Counted from the stretch's first letter, positions 13,082 to 26,956 are shown. The stretch is DNA of 64,000 nucleotides from Octopus vulgaris (GCA_951406725.2 OX597817.1:165478001-165542000); one strand, 5' to 3'. Made by a program: numbers and translations. The notes: generated by a model not told the origin, from the sequence alone.

Positions 13082-13149
<68 letters not shown>

Positions 13150-13174
13150 GAGAGAGAGAGAGAACGAGAGAGAG

Positions 13175-13242
<68 letters not shown>

Positions 13243-13259
13243 GGATGGAGTTAAACGCA

Positions 13260-14410
13260 GGTTATTCAAATTCTTTTACTTCCGACATATTTTTCGAAGA
13301 CATGATTCGTATTTCCCATACCATAAAACCTCAACTAATTAAAAATATATTAGCTCTTTCAGTAATCACTCTAAGTCTATTACAAAGAATTTAGTTCGGA
13401 ATATTTCACTTAGACTTTCTAGATTTCTTGCAAATGTTAATATCTTCAACGATACCGCTGAATTTTATAACTCTGCCTTACTTAAAGAAGGCTATAAAGA
13501 AAAAAATTACCTATATTAACCCTATTGCTATTAATTCTACCTCTATTAATCAGGACTTAAAATCAAGTTGTAATGATATTAACCATTTCGAATAACTACA
13601 CCAAATCGAGTAATGAATTTCTGCAGCATAAGGAAGATAACCGTTATTTAAGGCCCTATTTTCATTATAAAGGCACACCGAGAACTTTTAAGGATAATTA
13701 CCCTAATAACAAGGTAAGTGCTAGCAAAAATGTTTGGCTAATAATTACATATGGTAAAGAGATCAAATCTAACCTCCCTTACCAATTTCGTGAATCTATA
13801 GAAAAGAATTTCCCAAGAAATTCAAGATATTCGATTATTAACTCACACCGAATTAGGATATGTTTTTCTAACACAAAAAAATATTTTACAAATCATCTTT
13901 TCGCATAATAATAAGTTGTTAAATACAAATCCACTTAATGAAAATACTAACATTAATTTTGTTAACTCTAAACATTCTTTAAATGATATTAACAGCGACG
14001 TTATTGTTTCTGAAGTCAACTCCAATCGTATTCGTTTTCTTAGCAGTAACTCAAAGACTAGAAACTCTATTTATCAATGTAAAATTACTTCCGTCTCTGA
14101 CGGTTTTTTTATATATAGGTAGTTCTTCATCTCAGTTGTCCAAAAGAATATCTAATCTTTACTCTACATATAGACATATCAATAAACGTAATAATACTAG
14201 GCTTAGTAAATTAATCTGGTATCTCAAAGATCATAATAAACAATTTAATTTGGAATTGAATATTCTCTCTATTTCTTTGCCTTATGACAAAGATAAATCT
14301 TTTTGCTCCCTTTGTAAAAGTGAAATGTTTTTTTATCTTATTATCAAAGAATGCCTTTATAAACACGTTTACAGAACGCGTTTATCGTTACAAACATTGG
14401 CAAAAACATA
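13260..14410 (+). pseudogene. Degenerate AT-rich Penelope-like element (RT thumb region + GIY-YIG endonuclease)
   Basis: Translates YFPYHK..YISSFSNHSKSI...FYNSALLKEGYKEK and IYQCKI...YIGSS..LSKRISN...TRLSKLIWYLK...CSLCKSE. Confidence 0.75.
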
Positions 14411-15021
14411 ACTTTAGTACAAGACATTTACCTATGCTATACAGTGGGACTGAACCCAAAACCATTACACACTCACTCCTACGCCTTTATCTGTATGTGT
14501 GTATGTATATGTGTGTGTATCTGTGACATCGCGGCTAATCTACTCATTGTCAATATTATGTCGCCGTATTTGAGTTGAGTGGTTCTGATTGTGGTTACTT
14601 TTATAAGTGTACGTCTTTGTAGAAATAATTTCCGTTCTCTGCTTTTTAATTACGCTTTGCGTCTTTCTACATTTTATGCTTTCATGCTGCATGACGTCAG
14701 TGTTTACAGGTCAATAAATTTCTGTTCAACATCTCATGAAGACATGACTGAAAATGTACGATTACATTTGTACGTGTAAATGTGGGGCTGGGGGTTGGGG
14801 TGGAGTACGGGTGGAGATGGTGAACAAGAGTGTGTGTGTATGTGTATTTTGTTTTATCTATATTTTCCCTAGAGTCTTCTGGTTCATCGATATCCAACAC
14901 GATTTCTTGTATCTATGTATATATGTATGTATGCATATACGAATGTATGTATGCATATATGTACTATGTGTGTGTGTATGTATGTGTGTGTATGTGTGTA
15001 TGTACGTATATATGAAGCCTG

Positions 15022-15074
<53 letters not shown>

Positions 15075-15083
<9 letters not shown>

Positions 15084-15350
15084 AAATCCATTTTGTCTGT
15101 CTGTCTGTGTGTCTTCTAGGATCTCGGGCATCCTCCATCCGATTGCGCTCAAATTTGATATGTAGATACCGACGGTATCAATGCGTGTATAAGTCTTGAA
15201 AAAATTACAAAAATCGATTCCAGGTGAGAATGCGATCAATAAAGCCGTGGGAACATACATTTGTATGCGAAAGTACATCAATCGAAATCCATCTTTTGCT
15301 GGTGTCTCAAATTTAGGTTAAATCAGTGTTTCTCAAAGGGGAGTCCTATG
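15075..15350 (+). mobile_element. Probable Helitron 5' fragment
   Basis: ATATAAAA...TGTCTGTCTGT...CCGATT...AAATTTG layout resembles the 5' region of the 5247-5638 Helitron; no 3' CTAG end seen. Confidence 0.4.
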
Positions 15351-15432
15351 GGACGGTCGGACAAGTTGTTTTGAGAAAATTTGGTTTAAATTTTTGACAA
15401 CCTATTGGACGGGGGGCGTTTTGCTCGTATAC

Positions 15433-15468
<36 letters not shown>

Positions 15469-15679
15469 ATCACTGTATCTGTGTGTTTGTCTCCCACCAC
15501 CGCTTGACAAGCTGTGTTGGAATGTTCAAGTCCCCGTAACATAGTAGTTCAGTAAAAAAGGGCCAATAGAATAAGTATTGATCTCGGTTTGTTCAACTAA
15601 AATTCTTCAGAGTGGTGCCCCAGTATGGCCGAAGTCCAATGACTGAAACAAGTAAAAGGTTTATATATGTATGTGCGTA

Positions 15680-16425
15680 TATATCTAAGTAATTCTCTCT
15701 GTCCCTCTCTCTTATTCACTTTTCCAACTATATATATATTCTTACTTTCTTCTTTCTTCTTTTCTTTTTCTCGCCCCTCTCTCTCACATTTCTTGGCTTC
15801 CTCTGTCTTTAATCTCCCTACTTTCCCTCCTCGTTTATCTCCCTTGTACCTTTCTCTATGTTCCTTTGATTTCACCTCTTTCTCGTTCTTTCCATAATTT
15901 TTCAATCCCTCTACCCCCTGCCTCTCTCCTTTCCTTCCACGTGACCGGTGTTCGGCCAAGCATGATCTTTCATGGCTCGACTGCCGGCCGCGGAGTATCT
16001 CATATTCCTGTCTCAGGATTTTCATCTCTTATGCCCATCTCTTATGTTCCTGCCTTAAGGCTTTCACTCTACACACGCCAGCTCAACTTGATTGGTCTTT
16101 ATTGGTCGAAAGACGCCTGTTGTTGCTTTCTTGTTGTTTGTATTTGTAATTGTGTAACATTTTCTCCTTTTTCTTTTTTGTCTTTGTTGTCGTACACATT
16201 CGCTTGCTTTCTCCCAAAAGATTTAATGCTCTTAGCTTAGATTTTTGGAATCAGCCGGATTTGAACAGTCTCAAATGTAACCGGCCGAAACTCTAAGGAT
16301 GATCTGGAAACTTGACTGATGAGAAAAAGCTAACAAAGACCCATCCTAGTTTTTCCTGCCCGTCTTTGCATCGTCTATCTGTCCAGATGTTTTATTGTCG
16401 TCTGTTGTGTCCTTGTTCTGTTTTA
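15680..16425 (+). mobile_element. Diverged relative of the 844-bp array unit (opposite orientation)
   Basis: Same order of blocks: CT-rich tract, CACGTGAC..GGCC, GCTTAG, TCTCAA, GCCGAAA, GATGATC, CTTGACTGA-GA, TG-rich tail. Confidence 0.7.
16254..16322 (+). ncRNA. Non-circularly permuted hammerhead-like motif
   Basis: ACAGU-C-UCAAAU (16265-76), GAAA-CUCU (16287-94), ACUUGA-CUGAUGA (16310-22). Confidence 0.55.
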
Positions 16426-16949
16426 TATGTGTGCGCGTCTGTGTCTGTGAGTGTGTGTTCGCGCGCGTGTGTGTGTGTGTGTATGTATGTATCAACAGAG
16501 AGAGAAAAGGATAGTTATAAAGATATGAAAAAGGTGAATTAAAGTGTATTGCAGAAGGACACAATGCATCGCTGAGAATTGAACTCACGACTTAAGATCG
16601 TGAGTCGAATAGCTTAACCAATAAGCCATGATCCTTCACATTAGTTTCGAGTCAGCTCTCAGTGTACAGGCGTATGATGAAAAGCGTTTCAGCTATGGCC
16701 ATCCCAACGTTTTCTAGTATTAGTATTCCTGATATTGTTTAGTTCTAGATTGACACTGATCGAAGAGGCCTACCATCAAATGCTTTCCATCACTGGCCAA
16801 CATGTGTGCATCTAAGACATTATGTAATACGATATTTTAATCTAAAAACGAAGCGTGTGAGTTAAGGAAGATTTTGACAGCTATTTCTAGTAAGTCGTGT
16901 GACCATGCAAAGTTTTCTTCGTCGGTACGGTATTTCTTGAAGGGTAAAG

Positions 16950-17174
16950 TCGTGGTAGTGTTATCGTAGGTGATAGTGGCGGTGGTGACGGTGGTGGTTA
17001 TGATGATGGTTATTGGTGGTAGTGGTGGTGATGGTGAGGATAGTTTTGATGGTGGTAGTAGTGGTAGTGGCGGTAGTTGATGGTGGTAGTGATGGCGGAA
17101 TGGAGGTAGTGTTGGTTGTGGTTGGTGCAGTGGTCGTATAGGGACAGAAATGGGAATGATTGTTGTAGTAGTAA

Positions 17175-17230
<56 letters not shown>

Positions 17231-18770
17231 CTGTATGTAGTTATTCTTTGGTGATGGTCATGGTGGTGGTCGAATTATATAGAGTAGTGATTGAAGTATA
17301 TGTATTGTAAGTGGTAGTGTCATTGTTGTTATTGTGGTAGTGGTGGTTGCGGTGGGGTGGTGATGGTTGTGGTGATGGTGGTTGTGGTGGTGATGGTTGT
17401 GGTGGTGGTGGTGATGGTTGTGGTGGTGGTGGTGGTTGTGGTGGTGGTGGTTGTGGTGGTGGTGGTTGTGGTGGTGATGGTTGTGGTGGTGGTGGTGGTG
17501 ATGGTTGTGGTGATGGTGGTGGTGGTGGTGGTGGTGGTGGTGGTGGTGGTGGTGGTGGGTGGTGGTGATGGTTGTGGTGATGGTGGTTGTGGTGGTGGTT
17601 GCTGCTGTGGTGGTTGTAATAGTGGTGGTTGTGGTGGTAGTAGTGATGGTTGTGGTGATGGTGGTTGTGGTGGTGGTGGTGATGGTTGTGGTGATGGTGG
17701 TTGTGGTGGTGGTGGTTGCTGTGATGGTTGTAGTAGTGGTGGTTGTGGTGGTAGTAGTGATGGTGGTTGTGGTGGTGATGGTTGTGGTGGTGGTGGTGAT
17801 GGTTGTTGTGATGGTGGTGGTGGTGGTGGTGGTGGTTGCTGTGGTGTTGCTGTGGTGGTAGTAGTGGTGGTTGTGGTGGTAGTAGTGATGGTTGTGGTGA
17901 TGGTGGTTGTGGTGGTGGTGGTGGTGGTGGTGGTGGTGGTTGCTGTGATGGTTGTAGTAGTGGTGGTTGTGGTGGTAGTAGTGATGGTGGTTGTGGTGGT
18001 GATGGTTGTGGTGGTGGTGGTGATGGTTGTGGTAATGGTGGTGGTGGTGGTGGTGGTGGTTGCTGTGGTGGTTGTAGTAGTGGTGGTTGTGGTGGTAGTA
18101 GTGATGGTTGTGGTGATGGTGGTGGTGGTGGTGGTGGTGGTTGCTGTGGTGGTTGTAGTAGTGGTGGTTGTGGTGGTAGTAGTGATGGTTGTGGTGATGG
18201 TGGTTGTGGTGGTGGTGGTGATGGTTGTGGTGATGGTGGTTGTGGTGGTGGTGGTTGCTGTGATGGTTGTAGTAGTGGTGGTTGTGGTGGTAGTAGTGAT
18301 GGTGGTTGTGGTGGTGATGGTTGTGGTGGTGGTGGTGATGGTTGTGGTGATGGTGGTGGTGGTGGTGGTGGTGGTTGCTGTGGTGGTTGTAGTAGTGGTG
18401 GTTGTGGTGGTAGTAGTGATGGTTGTGGTGATGGTGGTTGTGGTGGTGATGGTTGTGGTGGTGGTGGTGATGGTTGTGGTGATGGTGGTTGTGGTGGTGG
18501 TGGTTGCTGTGGTGGTTGTAGTAGTGGTGGTGGTGGTGGTAGTAGTGATGGTTGTGGTGGTGGTGGTGGTGGTGGTGGTGGGTGCTGTGGTGGTTGTAGT
18601 AGTGGTGGTTGTGGTGGTAGTAGTGATGGTTGTGGTGATGGTGGTTGTGGTGGCGATGGCTGTGGTTGTTGTTGTGTTGGTTGTGGTGTGATGGTGGGGG
18701 GTGGGAGTGATAGTTGTGGTGATAGTTGTGGTGGTGATAGTTGTGGTGAAGGTAGTGGTGGTTACGGTGT
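16950..18770. repeat. Degenerate (GGT)n trinucleotide array with higher-order repeats
   Basis: GGT/GAT/TGT/AGT triplets; recurring TGCTGT...AGTAGTGAT modules. Confidence 0.9.
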
Positions 18771-19109
18771 TGTAAATGGTATTATAAGTAACAATGCCAC
18801 AGACAATGGCAAGTGTCAGAGATTAGCCTCAGGTTATCCACATATGACCTTCCATCACTCATTAAATTTATCTGTTGGACAGAAGACACTTCTTTCTACC
18901 AGACCGATATTGTCCATTCCTTCTTTACACTAGCAACACCCCCTAACGCCATTCAGCTCATTTTATAGTCTCTCTCTATGAAGTCCAGCCACTCTAGCTG
19001 AGATAGGTTGACGCTTTCGTCCTTGTTCGTCCCCTCCTTCCATGACCTATCGTTTATTTTTGTTATCATTGTACATGTTTGGTGTTTACTTTGTTAATTG
19101 TTGGTGTGC

Positions 19110-19140
<31 letters not shown>

Positions 19141-19283
19141 GCTATAGTTGTTATATTAGAAACATTGTTCTTGTTATTGTTCATCTTTCATTTTTCTTTC
19201 TTTCTTTTTTCTTTCTTTCTCTTTCTTTCTTTCTTCTCTGTCTCGCTTTCTCCTTCTTTGTCTATCTGTCTGTCTGTCTGTCC

Positions 19284-19299
<16 letters not shown>

Positions 19300-19324
<25 letters not shown>

Positions 19325-19382
19325 CACGTATAAAGTATCTAATTATTTATAATACATATACATAAATATTTTCGTATACATA

Positions 19383-19420
<38 letters not shown>

Positions 19421-19729
19421 CGTACATACATACATACATGTGTGTGTGTGTGTGTGTGTGTGGAACAAATGCAAAAAGAACAGCTGTACTCCAACTCCAA
19501 TGTACGTACACTCAGTCATATATATATATATATATGTATGTATATATATATATAGTATATATATATCATATATATATATATATGTATGTATATATATAGT
19601 ATATATATATCATATATATATATATGTATATATATATATATTATGTATATATATATTATATATAATAAATTATATATATATATATCATTATATATATATT
19701 ATGTATATATATATATTATATATATATAA

Positions 19730-19778
<49 letters not shown>

Positions 19779-19790
19779 CTCATACACACA
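19300..19790. repeat. (TA)n-rich microsatellite block
   Basis: Directly visible. Confidence 0.95.
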
Positions 19791-20186
19791 CGTTCCATAG
19801 TGTCAGAAAGACAACTGTATATTATTCAAATATCTCTCAAAGAGCCATATGTCAATACGACACGTTAATTTTCCAATTCTGACCAGGCAGGTAGGCGAAA
19901 CTGATAAGAAATTTTAGTTACACCTGGAAGCCCTCTTTTTTTTTTTTTTTTTTTCTTCGCTGTCGCTTGACCGACATATAGATTCAACTATTCGCTATCA
20001 AACCCAATAAATACACTGACACCTACTGACACCAAACAACACTTTGTAACACATTAACCCTGCTGACCCCGTTTGCTCCTAAATTTCCCAAAGGATCTAC
20101 TTCATATAAAACAATGCCCAAACATATCAAACTATTATCAGCCATGCCACTGCTAACGTTCTCAAAACAAATACTGTGACACATCT

Positions 20187-20410
20187 TACTCTCTTTACTC
20201 TTTTACTCATTTGACTGTGGCCATGCTGGAGCACCACCTTTTAGTCGAGAAAATCGGCCCCAGGACTTATTCTTTGTGAGCCTAGTACTTATTCTATCGG
20301 TTTCTTTTGCCGAACCGCTAAGTTACGGGGACGTAAACACACCAGCATCGGTTGTCAAGCGATGTTGGGGCGACAAACACAGACACACAAACACATACAC
20401 ACACACACAC

Positions 20411-20454
<44 letters not shown>

Positions 20455-20617
20455 GACGGGCTTCTTTCAGTTTCCGTCTACCAAATCCACTCACAAGGCT
20501 TTGGTCGGCCCCAGGCTATAGTAGAAGACACTTGCCCAAGGTACCACACAGTGGAACTGAACCTAGAACCATGTGGTTGGTAAGCAAGCTACTTACCACA
20601 CAGCCACTCCTACGCCT
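20187..20617 (-). mobile_element. SINE family C
   Basis: Full-length match. Confidence 0.85.
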
Positions 20618-20884
20618 TGTTTTGGCTTTCTTTAAATGTTATCTTTATTTTCTATTTTTTATTTGTTTTAGTTACTGGTACTACTTAATTTTGTCAGCTG
20701 AGTGGACCGGAGCAACGTGAAAGAAAGGGTCTCACTCAAGGGCGCAACACTCCACCGGGAATCGAACTCACGACCTTACGATTTGTAAGCCGAATACCCT
20801 AACCACTAAGCCAAGCGCCTTGCAATCTTGTTGTGCTCTCTCTGAAAGCTTGTGATATTGTAGAGTATCAAAAAATCAATAACC

Positions 20885-21560
20885 AGGAGTGGCTGTGTGT
20901 TAAAAAGCTTGCTTCCCAACCACATGGTTCCGTGTTCAGTCTCACGGCGTGGCATCTTGGAGAAGTGTCTTCTACTATAGCCTCGGGTCGACCAAATCTT
21001 TGTGAGTGGATTTGGTAGATGGAAACTGAAAGAAGCCCGTATGCATGTATTTGTGTGTCTGTGTTTGTCCCCCACCATCACTTGACAACCGCTGTTGGTG
21101 TATCTACGTCCCCCCCCCCACGTGAGGGCGCGTGGCTTAGTGGTTAGGGCATTCGGCTCATGATCGTAAGGTTGTGAGTTCGATTCCCGGCGACGCGTTG
21201 TGTCCTTGAGCAAGACACTTTATTTCACGTTGCTCCAGTCCACTCAGCTGGCAAAAATGAGTTGTACTTGTATTTCAAAGGGTCAGCCTTGTCACTCTCT
21301 GTGTCACGCTGATTATCCCCGAGAACTACGTTAAGGGTACACGTGTCTGTGGAATGCTCAGCCATTTGCACGTTAATTTCACGAGCAAGCTGTTCCGTTG
21401 ATTGTATCAGCTGGGACCCTCGTCGTCGTAACCGGCGGAGTCTTTAAGATCTACGTCCCCGTAACTTAGCGGTTCGGGAAAAGATACCGATAGAATTAAT
21501 ACTAGGCTTACAAAGAATAAGTGGTGGGGTTGATTTGCTCAACTAAGAGCGGTAATCCAG
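20885..21560 (+). mobile_element. SINE C with nested SINE B (21125-21442)
   Basis: SINE B flanked by duplicated ATCTACGTCCCC; SINE C resumes after it. Confidence 0.8.
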
Positions 21561-22204
21561 CACTTATTTACATGGATTTTCTCACTAATCTCAAATTATT
21601 GAAAACTTTGTCTATTCAATAAACCGACGTTTTTTTTATTAACTAACAACAAATTAGTTTTTCAGTTTCATCCCTCAGGCGCAAGGGCTCACGTAACTGA
21701 AACGAGTAAAAGAATAAAAGAATGCGCAGATATCATAGATGATGTAAGGAATATGATGATGTAAGGTTAAAACTTGACACAAAATAATTTGATAAAAAAC
21801 GTGAATTTTTAATTATTTTCTGAGACTTTACAAAACCACCAAAAAGGTTTTTTTTCAATGCAAGCACTATCAAAATTACACCAGCCCTGGCTTCAGTTCC
21901 TCTTCGGTGTCTGTAGCTAGGAACGAACTGAGCTTCGCCAAAAACCGATGTATAATAGAGTTAATAAACGGTGATTTCTCAATCTAATAAACCAATGGTA
22001 TGACAGTCGTATTCTTACTGCGTATCTTCATTGCGCAACCGAGCATATCTCTATGCATCTGGGATGCGTAAAGTGGTTTGTTTTATTTTTGTCATCTCTT
22101 GGTAATAAAGTGCTCTATTTAAAGTGTGTAGAGTCTAAGCGCATTGTGATTAACGGTGTATAGGAATATCTGATAGTCTGGTGTCGTTCACGCTATTGCG
22201 TGAT

Positions 22205-22293
22205 ATTATATATGTGTGTGTGTGTGTGTGTGGGTGACGTGTGTGTGTGTGTGTGTGTGTGTTTGTGTGTGTTTGTGTGTGTATACACATATA

Positions 22294-22387
<94 letters not shown>

Positions 22388-22423
22388 TGTGTGTTTGTGT
22401 GTGTATACACATATATATATGTG

Positions 22424-22495
<72 letters not shown>

Positions 22496-22530
22496 TGTGT
22501 GTTTATGTGTGTATACACATATATATATGT

Positions 22531-22611
<81 letters not shown>
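22205..22611. repeat. Compound (TG)n/(TA)n module repeated about three times
   Basis: GTTTGTGTGTGTTT..GTATACACATATA..(TA)n..(TG)n recurs with ~122-bp period. Confidence 0.85.
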
Positions 22612-22613
<2 letters not shown>

Positions 22614-22840
22614 AGGCGCGTGGCTTAGTGGTTAGGGTGTCAGCATCATGATCATAAGATTGTGGTTTCGATTCCTGGACCGGGCGACGCGTTATGTTCT
22701 TCAGCAAAATACTTCATTTCACGTTGCTCCAGTTCACTCAGCTGGCAAAAATGAGTAACGCTCCAGCTGGGGAACACATACGCCATTGAAACCGGGAAAC
22801 CGGGCCCATGAGCCTGGCTAGGCTTTAAAAGGGTGCATTT
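22612..22840 (+). mobile_element. SINE family B, alternative-tail variant
   Basis: Reverse match to 4485-4731. Confidence 0.8.
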
Positions 22841-24114
22841 CCTTTTTTTATTTATATATGTGTGTATATGTGTGTGCGCATGTGTGTGTGTGTGTACTTA
22901 ACTATGTGTATATGTATTTAAGTCTGAGTTGTTGTCTGTTCCTACTACCACTTGACAACCAGTGATGGTTTGTTTCGTCCAAGTAACGTTAGCGGTTTGA
23001 CAAAAGAAGAACGATAGAATAAGTACCAGACGTAAAAAAATTAAGTACTGGTATCGATTTGTTCGGCAAAATCCTTCAAGGCGGTGCCCCAACATGGGCG
23101 CAGTCCAAAAAATGGATTAAGTAAAACATAAAAGATTCTACGAAATTTAACGACATAACTAAGTTACAGGGACGTAAACACACCAGCATCGGTTGTCAAG
23201 CGATGTTGGGTGGGGGGACAAACACAGACACACAAACATATATACACACATACATACATATATATATATACATATATACGACGAGCTTCTTTCAGTTTCC
23301 GTCTACCAAATCCACTCACAAGGCTTTGGATTCGACTTCCGTCTCTATCTCTTCCCTTCTCCCATTATAATATATTCTAAACTAAGCTATAAAGATTTCG
23401 TCTTCAAGTTTGGCTTTTCAATTGGATACAATTTTTAAAACTGACCACTAAATATAAATTTAAATTGTGCAATAGATGCAGCAGTTCTATAATGTAAACA
23501 TTACCAAAATCACAAAGTTTACGTACGTGCATTTTTTAAAGGCCAGAAGCTGAGGTTTTTTCGCCTGGGAACGGATGAACGGTAGAGTCATCCTGAGCGG
23601 AATTTGAACTCAGAATGTAAAGCCGGGAGATATGCTACTGAGAATTTTGTCCGGCATGCCACCGATTCTGTCAGCTCGCCGAAAGTAGAGTACAAAAAAA
23701 TATAGTCTAAGACTTTAATACTATGAAAAGGTCATCAACAAACGAAAAGATAATTTTATAATCGCTCTGTCAATTAAAAAGATTATTTTAAAATTCATCA
23801 AGAGCAACAATGGATGTAGATATCAGAATCAGTAGAGTGCTCCCGGACGAAAATTCTTTGCAGTATTTACTTGCATCTCATTAGGTTCTGCGTCCAATTT
23901 CGACAGGAGTCGAATTGCTTTCCATCATTTAAGCATATGCAAAATGAATAACAATAAAATGTTAATTAAATCGATTACGTTAATCTTACAGAGCTTTTAT
24001 AGCAAGGATGGCACGTATGAATGACGAAGCCACATTGACTATGATTCTATGAACCGTAAAAATTAATACAGAGAGTTGCTTATTTGCAAAAAAAAAAAAA
24101 AAAAAATATAACAT

Positions 24115-24445
24115 GTGACTTCATTGACCGAGGTTACCGTGGTCTTTTCCGTAGGCTTTTCCTTCCACGGGTAAACCTCACCTGTCCTCCCCTTTACACT
24201 TCATATTGACATTTCTGTGATTACGATCCCTATTGATCAACTTTTTTTTCCTCTCTCCTTTTCTTTTTTTCCCTCTCGCCTCCCCCTTTTTTTTAAAATC
24301 CTTCCCTTTTTTGTCCTCTTTCTTTCCTTTTACGATCCCTTTTGATCGAAAACCAACCCCCTTTTTTTTACCCCCAAAAGAAAAAATTCACCTTGTAATT
24401 TGTTCTGTTTGTGTGCAGCCCTGTGTGGCTAATAAAGAAACATAT
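24115..24445 (+). mobile_element. Probable 3' UTR of a non-LTR retrotransposon
   Basis: Pyrimidine-rich body ending GCAGCCCTGTGTGGCTAATAAAGAAA, resembling the SINE A tail. Confidence 0.45.
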
Positions 24446-25268
24446 CTAAGTCAGAAATCCATATTTATAACAATAGTACGTTTTGTGTTAAAAATAAAAA
24501 AGAGAAGCAGAAAGCAAAACATAATATCCTTCAGAGCGAGGCGAAGTGAAATCGCCCCAAGAAGCGATCATGAAAGCGGAAGATACATACATATTTCACC
24601 GTATTTGCAGCTTATCAATGCCAGGCACTCGAGTCACTTTCAAAGCGAAATCCAAACCTCCGGCCTGAAGTATATACGGATAGCATATAAGCTATTTGCT
24701 GATTTGCAAAAGCAAATATATTTGAATCTAAAAAATTCATCGATCTAATCTTAACAAACAATTACTATCCCTCACCATTTTGGGGGTATAATGTAAAAGG
24801 GCCGAGCTCTGACTTCCGTCTCGAGCAAGATTATATATTAAAAAATTAAAAAAAGAAATAAGCCTTAGTTAGGAAGTGACTGACTCATTCTATACAAAAC
24901 GTATTAAAGACTATTTTTAAAACCGAATAATTTATTAGGTCTTCAGATATTTAATTGAAACGGCCCACTCACCCTTCTAAATTACAGAGGACAGAATACA
25001 GCTGCTTTTGTTTCACTATTACTGACTTTATCTGTAAATGCAATGCGATAAAAAACCTATTTTGGACAGACATTCTTGGGAATCTTAGACCTAGTTAATG
25101 ACCTCTGTTCTCCAATACGCGTAACAAAACACCTAAAACCAGGTTTCCGATTAACGAAAGGGGCAGCAGCTCTCTTTGACATTTCGCTTTTCCTCTCACC
25201 CCTTTTATTCTATATTCTTTAATTTATGGTGCAGTTTAATCCATTTTGATGACTAAAATCTAAGTATA

Positions 25269-25272
<4 letters not shown>

Positions 25273-25347
<75 letters not shown>

Positions 25348-25433
25348 GAGGAAGAAGAATTAGAATAAGAATAAGAAAAAGAACAAGAACAGCAAAATAA
25401 TTAGTAGTAGTACTAGTGGTGGTGGTGGTGGTG

Positions 25434-25469
<36 letters not shown>

Positions 25470-25470
25470 G
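25273..25470. repeat. (TAA)n, (AAG)n, (TGG)n, (TAG)n microsatellites
   Basis: Directly visible. Confidence 0.95.
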
Positions 25471-25665
25471 TAAAAGCATTAACAACAAAAAACTACAGCA
25501 ATGGCAACAGCACCAGCAATGATATTGTTTTGTTTATTTGGCACAAGGGCAACATATGCGCAAAACATTGATATACTTATGAACGACAAGTGTGTAAAAC
25601 AAGTCCTGTGTAAAACAGGACCGATAAATATTGCCAGGTAGTTCACACACATATACGACTCATTG

Positions 25666-25713
25666 ACATCCATCCATCCATCCGTCCGTCCGTCCGTCCG
25701 TCCGTCCGTCCGT

Positions 25714-25747
<34 letters not shown>

Positions 25748-25832
25748 GTCCGTCCATCCGTCCGTCCGTCCGTCCGTCCGTCCGTCCATCCGTCCGTCCG
25801 TCCGTCCGTCCATCCATCCGTCCGTCCGTCCG
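25666..25832. repeat. (TCCA/TCCG)n microsatellite
   Basis: Directly visible. Confidence 0.95.
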
Positions 25833-25857
25833 TGTATGTATGAATATACATATATAT

Positions 25858-26067
25858 ATTCTTTTCTACAGGGCCTGAAATTTTGGTGGGAGGGGGTCCA
25901 GTTGATTAGATCGAGCCCAGTGCGCAACTGGTACTTAATTTATCGACCCCGAAAGGATGAAAGGCAAAGTCGACCTCGGCGGAATTTGAACTCAGAACGT
26001 AACGGCAGACGAAATACGGCTACGCATTTCGCCCGGCTTGGTAACGTTTCTGCCAGCTCGCCGCCTT
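25858..26067 (-). mobile_element. SINE family A, variant tail
   Basis: Head/body match; tail like the copy at 21-190. Confidence 0.8.
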
Positions 26068-26070
26068 ATT

Positions 26071-26151
<81 letters not shown>

Positions 26152-26956
26152 GGGGGGGTGCGTGTGTGTATCGCCCCACCATTAACTCTTTCTTTTGTCG
26201 TTTTCTTTCGTTGCTTGTGGTTGTTAACGGTGCTGCTGATGGTTGGTTTGTGGTGGTGGTGGTGGTGGTGGTTGAGGTTGTAGTGTTTTTATCATTCTTC
26301 TATTTCATCTTTCTCTTTATTTATTTTATATTTCTAGCTTTCACTACCCGAAATAAGAGTGTCGAAGATTGGGACGGGTGCGGGTAGAGCAGTGAAAAGA
26401 AGACATTGACGATCCGTCATATGTTATTAATGTATCTTCCATGATATTATGTGATGTGGTTTTTAGGTCGTCACGCCTCCTAAATTTCAGTAATACGTTG
26501 CCACTATTTACAGGGTACATACACAGGACCCTTCTCCCAATGTAATTATTCTGGTATTCTCAAACAATAAAGACTATTTTAAATTTCAATTGCCAACTGT
26601 TTTATACTTTGACCACAAACGCATATGACAAGTCACGTTATATCTTATAATTTACTATTTCTATAGAAATAGACATTTGTGAAACTTTATGCTTGTAGTT
26701 GTTTTCACTTGCGACATTTCCTTTTCAGATAACCTCCAGACCTCCACCCAATGTCAGATCGTGTCTTCCTTTTTGCTTTTCCTACTTTTCCCCTCAACCA
26801 TTTCTGCTCCCGTGAACTTAATCAGTTCATGGTAAGCGCTATTCAAAACATTACTTTCTTCCGCATCAAACCATTTACCAAATCGCCTGATGTATCACTT
26901 TCCTCAGCAATCATTGTACTAAACAGTGCTATATATCATCCCCCACCACCACCACC

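Noticed and set aside
17357-18933. Poly-Val and Gly/Cys-rich ORFs resembling keratin-associated proteins
   Set aside because: Trinucleotide repeat; frame shifts within the array; no unique coding flanks.
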